A stretch of DNA of 28,498 nucleotides from contig JAANOX010000263.1 in assembly GCA_020184695.1 (NCBI GenBank), forward strand, positions 1 to 28,498, written 5' to 3'. How positions within the stretch are numbered: position 1 is the stretch's first letter; the number at the start of each line of letters is the position of its first letter. Under the pieces are notes generated by a model. It made no database searches, was not told where the DNA came from, and worked only from the letters and a program-made list of their open reading frames with translations. This document shows, piece after piece, positions 1 to 8,805 of the stretch. Made by a program: the position numbers and the translations under genes. Origin of the DNA: Histomonas meleagridis 2922-C6/04-290x. Its lineage: Eukaryota > Protista > Parabasalia.

Positions 1-280
1 TGAATTTTTATCGATTACATTCAAAATTTTGAATCAAGTAACCGCAACAATTATTTTCGTTATTTTTCAACTAGTTGAAAATGTTTTTTTTTCTTCAAAA
101 TGTTTTTTTTTTTGTTTTGAGTTATTTTTAAATTATTTCCCCTTTGAGAAATATCGAATAGACAAAATCTCTAAAATTTTAATAGCATATTGCAAAGGCA
201 TTTTAGAACAAAAAGTTTCTTCATGGAATTAATTACAAAATAATATTAAAAAAACAAAACCTGAAAAAAATATTTACATA

Positions 281-1336
281 TCAAAACTCAAACCCAAGGG
301 ATTGAAGTTTTGAAAACACATGTTTTGAATAAGGACTTCTTGTTATTGTATCAAAATTATCATAAACGACCTCATAAATGATGTTAAGTTGACTTTCAGT
401 CCCATTTTCCAAAATTCTCTGAATCACATAATTACCAAATTGATCTCCAACTAATTGAAGGATTCTTTTTGTATCATAATTATTCTCAGTTCCGATGATT
501 TCAGAGAAAATTCGTTCTTTTTGAGTTGAGCTTGCTCTTCGAATCAATTTTTCAATTACATTTGATGCAAATTTGTGTATGGAAAATTGATAAAAATGGC
601 CGACAAACAACCCAAAGAGATAATCAACTTGTGCTGTAGACCCACCTTCGAGGATATTTTGGATGACATAATTTCCATACTGATTGATTGCAAGATCAAC
701 ACCACACTGTGAAACTCTATCCACAATAACCTTTAAGTTTCGGATATCTTCTTTTTCAAATAACTTTTGGACAACTCTGCATCCGCAATTATCAACAACA
801 AGATTAATAACATTATCCTTTATAATGTCAACAATCTCGCTGACTCTGTGAGGAAGTGCTTCGATGAAAGCTTGAACAATATGGTTGCCATTAAGTGATA
901 CACATAAACGAAGAAGATTCGGTTTCAACGATAGGAACAGTTGGTCAACTTTTTCAGAGTCTATCGTCTCTATAAACTTTTGTAAAACTCGACAACCGTT
1001 TTGGTGTTCGACAATTGTTTGGATGTTGTTTAAGAAGAAATCTAGAAATACTTTCCGTTGCGATTCATTACAATAATCACAAATTTTTTGTATAACATAG
1101 TTAGCACATGGATCATATACAAGTTGTGATAAATATGGAAGAAGCTCATTGATGATCATATTTCGTTCACTTTCACTAGCTGCTTGTATTTTCTGTTGCA
1201 AGTTTCGGCTTCCTTGTCTGTCTTTTGCCATTTGTGCTGATTGACCGATCGCCTTGTTGTTGCCAAAATCAAAGCTACATTAGCAAAATGACAGTTACCT
1301 ATAGGAGGCTGTTTTTCGCCAGTTATTGCTTCCCAT
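281..1336 (-). CDS. Pumilio/Puf-family RNA-binding protein (PUF repeats); predicted two exons 1336-1299 and 1274-281, 343 aa
   Basis: ORF 281-1231 has repeated Puf motifs (KDRQGSRNLQ, DPCANYVIQK, HQNGCRVLQK, NQYGNYVIQN, HKFASNVIEK, DQFGNYVIQR). The frame stays open upstream (FDFGNNKAIGQSAQ-MAKD) to an AG at 1275; removing 1275-1298 joins it in frame to an ATG at 1336 (MGSNNWRKTASY). Confidence 0.9.
1275..1298 (-). other. Candidate 24-nt spliceosomal intron GTAACTGTCATTTTGCTAATGTAG
   Basis: GT...AG ends and a branch-like GCTAAT next to the 3' AG. It contains the TAA that otherwise closes the Puf frame, and its removal creates an in-frame start. Confidence 0.6.
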
Positions 1337-2050
1337 AAATCAGATGAAATAAGATGCACATAATCGTTCTCATAAAGTGGATAAGAGGAGTGGAGTCGAC
1401 AAGCATCTGGTGTCATGCTTCTTGGAAGTGAGAAGGTGCTTTTGTAGTCGAAACTCATAATAATTTAGGCGAACCTTATTTGCCACTTTTCGGAAAGTGC
1501 TTAACCGCAAAAATCTCGCAAAAAACTGTATCGCTATTTTTGATTACAACGTTCATCTCATCGAATTGACAATAAAGCTTTGATATCTTCATTTTTTAAA
1601 GTAAAAATACCTCTAAAAAGAAATCACACATTGAAATATTATTATTAAATCCATAATTTTAGATATTGATACTTACTTAATTCTTTTATTTAACAAATTA
1701 GTAAATTAATAAAATTTTTTGTTAAAACATTGGAATGATTGAAACTATTTTCAAAAAATGATTATGACATGATTTCATGAGTTTTGGCAATATTATTTAG
1801 TCATATCAATATTTTTTTTGATATGAATTTTGGCCGGATTTTTTGTAATTCATTCAATTTGTCTAAACCCTTCAATCAATTAACCACCTTTTGGTCCTCT
1901 TAAAAAATCGTGTTCACGATGGAGCTTTTTGATTGAATTATCATGGTTTCTGATCGCCTATTTGAACACAAATGCCAATTGTCGTAGAACTCTTTCTTAT
2001 ATTGAAAAATTGAGAGTTTACATCATAATTGAATGATCACAAAAACTCGT

Positions 2051-2064
2051 TCACTTGGTCACAC
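2051..2064 (+). promoter_or_regulatory. Initiator (Inr)-like elements TCACTT / TCACAC upstream of the ABCA ATG
   Basis: Match to the trichomonad Inr TCAY(T/A), about 10-23 nt upstream of the ATG at 2074. Confidence 0.45.
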
Positions 2065-2073
2065 ATTTTGCGA

Positions 2074-4524
2074 ATGAGTTCAAGCGATTCCAAGGAACTA
2101 AGTGATATTGAAGAAAAAAATCCACTTGGTAATTGGTCTGACTTGAAGTACTCATTCAACCGTCAAGTTCGGGCTTTATTTAAAAAACAATTTGTAATCA
2201 AAAAAAGACATGCTGCATCAATTATTGAATATTTAATTTCACTTATTCTTGTTTTTGTTAATTATCTCATATACATCCTCTCAAAAGAAGATTATACTGA
2301 AATTGTTAATCCTCCAGTTAGTTCAATTAGTAGTATGCCATATGGTCTTTTAATGTTTTTATCAATGAATGAACCTGCTTTTGTTGTTCTCCCAAATGCG
2401 ACAGAACTTGATTATTTAGTAGGTAATACGACTTATCTCCATTTATGGCTTAAAGATCGATCAATTTATTCGCAACTGTTTAATTACACTTTACCATATA
2501 CAGACCCAATTCCTATTCAACATGTTGAAACTCAAGAAGAGATGGAAGAAATTATATATCGAACAGATAGAAACGGTATTGGTATTCGATGGGTTAATGT
2601 TAGAGATGAAGATGCTATAACAAATCCAAACATAGAACTATTTTACCAAATGCAATATTCATTAGATTCATCAACAACTCTTCAAATTTACCAAGAAATA
2701 AGAGATGGAATGGCCAAGATGGCTTCAAAGTATTATCCTAACTCAGGAATTGAGAATTATGTTAATGATATGTGGCGAGCCAATTATAATTCACAAGAAT
2801 TTTCACGTGTTGGATTTAGTCGTGGTGTTGATGTTGGTATTGCCATTGCGTTTATTTCCATTTTGCCCATTGTTTTATCCACAATGCCAGATTTCCAAAC
2901 TGTCTTGGAAGAAAAAGATAGTCATTCAGCAGCAATGGGCTTTCTTATGGGATGCAGTGAATCTGCTTATTGGTTTGTATCATTCTTTACACCATTTATT
3001 ATGACAATAGTTCAATATATCATTCTTGCAGCAACTCTTACATATTGGTTTGGAATGATTGGCACTGACTTTACCCTTTTCCTTGTCATTGTTATTTTCT
3101 TTATAATTTCCCATATCTGGTTCCAACTTTGGATATCAACATTTATGAAGAAAGGTTCGACAGGCCGAGCTGTAACTGTTGTTATCTTAGTTTTCGTATT
3201 ATTCTTTGCATATCTTCATCAGTTCTTCACCCTTGATGAAAACAACTCATCCATCGCTTGTGCGCACATCTTTTCCATCATACCGTTCTCCGCATTTGAA
3301 ATGTTTCTGATGGGCGGTTACACACAATCCATCAACGATAACAAACCGTTTACTTGGGCCACCCTGAACGATGCATCATATACTGCGCCACCATGGATCC
3401 CATTAATGTGGTTAATTATCGATAGTATTTTCTATTTCTTATTGTTTGTTTTATTCAATGCTACAAATAAACGACAATTTGGTACTCCAATTATTCGGTG
3501 GTCAGAATTCTTTAATAAAGATGCATGGCGCCGAGTGTTCCAAAAGCCTAATTCATATCGCGTATCACCTGAAAGTGATAAATTCCTTGAAGTTAATAAC
3601 TTATCCAAAGTATATCATTCACACAAGGACATCACAGCATTAGATGATGTTAACTTTTATGTTGATTCAGGAGAAGTAATTCTATTAATAGGGCCAAATG
3701 GTGCAGGCAAATCAACTCTCATCAACATTATCTCTGGTGCAATTGAGCCAAGTGATGGTCAATTTAGGTTATTAGGACGAAACAAAACAAATCGCTTTAA
3801 AGAAATCCAAAACTATTTAGGCGTTTGTTTCCAAGATAATGTCATCATTAACTTATTAACAGTTCGAGAACACTTCGAATTATTTGGTGCATTTAGAGGA
3901 GTAAATCCTGAAACACTGGAGAACTGTATCCAATATTTCGCGCGTGAGATGCAACTTGATCATATGCTTGACTCTCGAGCAGGCGATTTATCCGGTGGAC
4001 AAAAGCGAAAACTTTGCATTGGGTTATCGTTATTGGGTAATCCTCCATTTGTATTAATGGACGAGCCGACTGCAGGTGTCGATGTGCAAGCGCGACAATT
4101 GATATGGAAAATGGTTTCATCGCTTACGCATACGACATCAATCATCACAAGCCATGCGCTCGAAGAAGCAGAAGCTGTTAGCTCGCGTTTGTTCATATTA
4201 GCCGGCGGTAAGTTGCTGTTCTGCGGCAACTCGACCGAACTCCGTAACAAATATAAATGTGGTTACTTGCTGAGAATAGAAAGAGATGACGGAAAAGTCG
4301 GACCAGTGCTCGACTTGGTGAAGAAGTATATCCCGGAGGCGCACGTCGTCGATGATCGAGAAGACACAATAACAATTCCGGTGTCGCCAAAAGTTTCGGA
4401 GTTTCTGCAGGAGTTCGATAAGAAGATGAAGAAGATGGGCGTCAAGTCGTATAGTTTCTCTGTTGAACAAATCGAAGATATGCTTTTGAAGTTAATACAA
4501 AGCGAAGAAGCAAAAGCCGCTTAA
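2074..4524 (+). CDS. ABC transporter subfamily A, half-size (one TMD + one NBD), 816 aa
   Basis: N-terminal TM helix, exoplasmic loop and further TM helices; Walker A GPNGAGKS, signature LSGGQKRKL, Walker B VLMDEPTAGVD, H-loop TSH. The ORF track starts at TTG 2029; the first ATG is at 2074. Confidence 0.95.
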   Translation: MSSSDSKELSDIEEKNPLGNWSDLKYSFNRQVRALFKKQFVIKKRHAASIIEYLISLILVFVNYLIYILSKEDYTEIVNPPVSSISSMPYGLLMFLSMNEPAFVVLPNATELDYLVGNTTYLHLWLKDRSIYSQLFNYTLPYTDPIPIQHVETQEEMEEIIYRTDRNGIGIRWVNVRDEDAITNPNIELFYQMQYSLDSSTTLQIYQEIRDGMAKMASKYYPNSGIENYVNDMWRANYNSQEFSRVGFSRGVDVGIAIAFISILPIVLSTMPDFQTVLEEKDSHSAAMGFLMGCSESAYWFVSFFTPFIMTIVQYIILAATLTYWFGMIGTDFTLFLVIVIFFIISHIWFQLWISTFMKKGSTGRAVTVVILVFVLFFAYLHQFFTLDENNSSIACAHIFSIIPFSAFEMFLMGGYTQSINDNKPFTWATLNDASYTAPPWIPLMWLIIDSIFYFLLFVLFNATNKRQFGTPIIRWSEFFNKDAWRRVFQKPNSYRVSPESDKFLEVNNLSKVYHSHKDITALDDVNFYVDSGEVILLIGPNGAGKSTLINIISGAIEPSDGQFRLLGRNKTNRFKEIQNYLGVCFQDNVIINLLTVREHFELFGAFRGVNPETLENCIQYFAREMQLDHMLDSRAGDLSGGQKRKLCIGLSLLGNPPFVLMDEPTAGVDVQARQLIWKMVSSLTHTTSIITSHALEEAEAVSSRLFILAGGKLLFCGNSTELRNKYKCGYLLRIERDDGKVGPVLDLVKKYIPEAHVVDDREDTITIPVSPKVSEFLQEFDKKMKKMGVKSYSFSVEQIEDMLLKLIQSEEAKAA

Positions 4525-5359
4525 GTATGTCGTATGTAAATGTGTTTTGTCTGCAGTTGAATAAACAGCGAAATTGTATCAACGCAAATTTCTTGGACAA
4601 AAATGCAATTAAAGCTCATTTGAGCAAAGGCTTTCGAAGTGATGTTAATGGTATGAAAGTATAGTACCAAATGAATCACAGCAAATTTGGAGAAATAAAA
4701 TATTAAATAAAAATTCGATTTTATAGTACCGTAGGGGTGGGGTGAAAATCCGACACTTTTGTTGCATTGATTGAATGAGAAATAATCGTCAAGAATGGGA
4801 AAAATGACTTTTTGGGCAATCGTTTTTTGCAACAGACAAACATTGTCAATTTTAGAAGCAAAAAAATAATTTAGATGTCATTTTGCTGTAATTAAATTTG
4901 TTGGATAAAAAATAGTTGGAGAAAAACATCAGATTTTGTTGAAAAAATTAGGATATGAGAAGCTAACTAAATCATATAAATATCATATGCTGAAAAAAAA
5001 AAAAAAGAATTTTTATGAATAATAAATAAAACATTATATTATATTTAAATTCACATATCTGTTGAAAAAATAATAAAAAAATAATATTGGACGTAAATAA
5101 GGTGTACATTTTAGCATAAGGGTGTTATGCTACTAACTTTTTCTCCATGAATACTTAAGTTATTTAATAAGAATGATACAAATAAAATCGATATAAAAAT
5201 GTGCTAATTTCAATACTATTTAATTTCCATAGTTTTGTGTCATTGGAATTTGAAAGAATTTGGGTTTTTCGGGTTTAATATATATTATCCAAAATTTGGC
5301 ACTTTTGGTTTAAGTTCTATAGGTATTTGGCATTTTGGTAATTGTAAAGAAAATAATCG

Positions 5360-6016
5360 GTGGAATTGAAATTCATCCAATTCGTGTTACATTTAATTAA
5401 ATCTGATGTTAGAGTCGCTGTTTTTAGCAAACTGAAAATGGCTAAGCAAAAGGCTGCAATAATACGGTATTATGCACACGGATTATACAGCGAATTCTAT
5501 AAAACAACAATTGGTGTCGACTTTGCAAGTAAAGACTTAACAATAAACAATAAGCATGTAGGACTTGCTATTCTTGATATCGCAGGCCAAGAACGATATG
5601 GAAATTATACTCAAGTATATATGTCGGATGCATCTGGTGCAGTAATTATTTTTGACGCTAATTCGCCAAGTGAACTTGATGATGTAAATAAATGGGGAGA
5701 ATATATTAAAAGAAAAGTTTTGACATCAGAATATATTTCAATTCCTATTCTTTTAATAGGGTGTTTGGTTAATAATACGAACGAAAGTTATAAAGACTTA
5801 GAAGAGAAATATCGGAAATATAGTGAAGAAAAAGGATACATTGGATATTTCATTGTTGATGTTAAAACAGGTTTAAATATTGAAGAATCATTTTTCTCAC
5901 TTGCAAAATATATTGTTGATAATGATATTTATCCATCATCTGAAGAAATTGATTTAACTCCCAAAGAAGGTAAGGGCAAAAAAGGTGAAAAGAATAAAGT
6001 TTGTGTTATTCAGTAA
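5360..6016 (+). CDS. Rab32/38-like small GTPase with degenerate nucleotide-binding motifs; C-terminal CaaX (CVIQ); start uncertain (GTG 5360 or ATG 5438)
   Basis: YKTTIGVDFA switch I and DIAGQERYGNY switch II resemble Rab32. No GxxxxGK(S/T) (KMAKQKAA instead); G4 reads GCLV and G5 reads DVKTG. Confidence 0.8.
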   Translation: MELKFIQFVLHLIKSDVRVAVFSKLKMAKQKAAIIRYYAHGLYSEFYKTTIGVDFASKDLTINNKHVGLAILDIAGQERYGNYTQVYMSDASGAVIIFDANSPSELDDVNKWGEYIKRKVLTSEYISIPILLIGCLVNNTNESYKDLEEKYRKYSEEKGYIGYFIVDVKTGLNIEESFFSLAKYIVDNDIYPSSEEIDLTPKEGKGKKGEKNKVCVIQ

Positions 6017-6213
6017 AATATTATTAAGTGTTTCTAATATCATAACATTCTTTACAAATATTTATTCATATTTTAAATCAAAAAATGATATTCTATATCA
6101 ATATTTTCACAGAAATGATAGATGATACATATTGATTTTTTATAATTTTGAAATTCAATTCACATGAAATGTTTCTACACTGATTTTTATCTGTGTTGTT
6201 TGAATTAACAATG

Positions 6214-6345
6214 TGTTCCCAGCATTTCTGATTTTAGAAACTTTTTAGATGTTAATGTAGAAAAAACTGATTACTACAGAGATCAACTTCAATAAACTTT
6301 CAATTTCAGATATACAATACTGAAAAATCAGAAATGCTGGGAACA
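6214..6345. repeat. Perfect 22-bp inverted repeat pair (6214-6235 / 6324-6345), MITE-like or hairpin
   Basis: tgttcccagcatttctgatttt ... aaaatcagaaatgctgggaaca; no clear target-site duplication. Confidence 0.75.
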
Positions 6346-6592
6346 AAAGACCAAAAATTAGAAAAGGAGCAGGGCTGTTTCATTTCTTCTTCAATATGAG
6401 ATAAATTAATGAGCATACAAGATATGATTGCTAATATAGGAAAATGTTACATTTAAATAAAACTTGGAAACAATTGTTATTCCTTGAATAACATAACAAT
6501 TCTAGTGTTACATTAATATCACCACATACTTTTAGTTCATGTGGAAGTCTTCAAATTATTAATATTTCTTCAGATAATCAAATGTATTCTAA

Positions 6593-8449
6593 TCATAAAA
6601 GAATACAATTAGAATTTTTGTTCCGAAGTAAATTTACTATTTCTATATTATTATTTCTAACTGCTATATGAAGTGCTGTTTCAAATTATTAAAACATATT
6701 CTAAATTATTAAAACATATTCCAAATTATTAAAACATATATAAAATTATTCAAATGAATATTTTTTGCATTAACATCAATTCCTTCTTTATCTAAAAGTA
6801 ATTTTACTATTTCTATATTATTATTTCTAACTGCTATATGAAGTGCTGTTTCAAATTATTAAAACATATTCTAAATTATTAAAACATATTTCAAATTATT
6901 GAAAAATATTCTAAATTATTAAAATATATTCTAAATTATTAAAACATATATAAAATTATTAAAACATATTCTAAATTATTAAAACATATTCCAAATTATT
7001 AAAACATATATAAAATTATTCAAATGAATATTTTTTGCATTAACATCAATTCCTTCTTTATCTAAAAGTAATTTTACTATTTCTATATTATTATTTCTAA
7101 CTGCAATATGAAGTGCTGTTCCAAATTATTAAAACATATTCCAAATTATTAAAACATATATCAAATTATTAAAACATATTTTAAATTCTTCAAATGGATA
7201 ATTCTTGCATTAACATCAATTTCTTTTTGTTCTAAAACATATTTCACAAGTTCGATATTTCCTGATTCTGAAGCAAATGGCAAAATATCTTTTGGAATTT
7301 GATTATTTTGAAGGAAATATTTCACGAGATATAAATTCTCATTTCTTGCTGATACATTTATATCATCAGCATTAACATTAATTCCTATTTCAGACAAAAA
7401 TGCTAAAGTTTCATAATTATCTTTTTTAATACAAAAACTTATCAAATTATTAGTTTTATCTTCAGATATTTTTGGTATTGATTGTATTTTTTCTAATTTA
7501 TTCTCATAAATATATTTAAAGATATCATTTTGATGAAACATAATTGCTGCACAATATGCACCCCTAAATAATGAATGATTTTGTTCACATAAATGAATAA
7601 TTTCAAGATTTCCGCTTGCAACTGCATATTTACCTGTATTTTCGACATTTGCACCGTTCATAAGTAAATATTTAAAACATTTAACCGATCCAAAAAATGC
7701 TGAATAATCAATTAATGTAACATTTTCATGATTAATAAATGAACATCTTTCATAAAGTGATGGTTCAATTGTTTGATTAAAATTAAAATTTGCTTGTGAT
7801 GAAATTTCTTGAAGGTTTTCTATTTCATCTTTTCGAATTATTTTTGCAATTTCAATCGGATTATGTCCTTCTTTAACATATTTCTTATGAAGTTCCCAAT
7901 CATTCTTTGAAAGTTCATCATAATGATCCAAAAAGTATTTTTTAATTGGGTCATTTCCATTAGAGCCAAATGTCATGTGGGTTTGTTTTTGATTTCCTTC
8001 TTTTGTTTTATAATGAGCAAAATATTTTGAATTAATATTTTCAGTAATACTTTTATCAATTAAATTTTGTTCAATCATTTTCTCTATTAAATAATATGAT
8101 TCTTGTGTGCTCATTGTAGATATACGTTTTATAAAAATTGATATTAAATTAGTGATTTTTGATTAATTTCTTCTTCTTTTGTTTGAAGTGTTTTTAAAAA
8201 ATTTAAGTAAATATCATATTTATGTTTTGGTGATGAAAATGTATTATAAACTAATTTACTTATAATAATATTAAATGTTGGAAAATTTGTATCGAATAAT
8301 TCCAATACTTTTTTAACCGACACCTGGTAGTTTTCTTCGGTTAAACTGAATACAATTTTCTCAAGCTCAATTAGGAATTTCAAGCAGGTTGATAGATCGT
8401 TCAACTTTTTATCTCCTGTATTTATGGTGGTAGTATCATCATTCGGCAT
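6593..8449 (-). CDS. DUF3447-type ankyrin repeat protein (locus A); one homopolymer frameshift (~8158) and three spacer-interrupted C-terminal ankyrin junctions
   Basis: ORFs 8144-8449 and 7161-8114 join if A5 becomes A6 and then align with the 18.8 kb paralog. The motifs TLIDYSAFFGSVKCFKYLL, AVASGNLEIIHLCEQ and AIMFHQNDIFKYI are typical of trichomonad DUF3447-ankyrin proteins. Further ankyrin exons at 7122-7030, 6852-6760 and 6682-6593 (TALHIAVRNNNIEIVKLLLDKEGIDVNAKN), ending in TGA. Confidence 0.8.
6683..7199 (-). repeat. Ankyrin units separated by arrays of a 20-nt repeat (NNN + ATATGTTTTAATAATTT); spacers of 77, 177 and 77 nt
   Basis: Spacers 7199-7123, 7029-6853 and 6759-6683 each consist of one 17-mer plus 3, 8 and 3 copies of the 20-mer. 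Confidence 0.9.
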
Positions 8450-8805
8450 TTAACTCTGTTTCGAACGTTACCGAATTTTCTTAACGTGCATTTTTGAACG
8501 ATACCAAATCCACATAATCAAAGATATTAAATATTGGGATAATTTATATATTATTTATACCAATACTAAGTGAGGGCATTAGGTTAGTCATTGTGTTGTA
8601 GTTATGTAGATGATATTTTCCAAGAAATTAAAATATTTTCTCAAATTTGCTTTAATTTTATATATAATATTAACGTACTTATGAAGTAAAAGGAACAATG
8701 TTTTATGTTTGAACTCGGATTTTTTTCCAAGATATTTGCGTTTGTTTACGCTCACTTACCGATCAAGTATTCAAAAAGCCACTATTTTTTTCGATTGATA
8801 TTATA

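Noticed and set aside
4521-4832. 103-aa minus-strand ORF, plus other short ORFs (29-232, 8705-8890, those antisense or out of frame within genes)
   Set aside because: Alternative starts, no recognisable motifs, and mostly shadows of real genes or AT-rich intergenic DNA.
5112-5132. 8-bp hairpin TAGCATAA-GGGTG-TTATGCTA
   Set aside because: Too short to be distinguished from chance in AT-rich DNA.
6683-7199. CRISPR-like array
   Set aside because: Eukaryotic context, head-to-tail 20-mers with only 3-nt variable parts, embedded in ankyrin coding repeats, and no cas genes.
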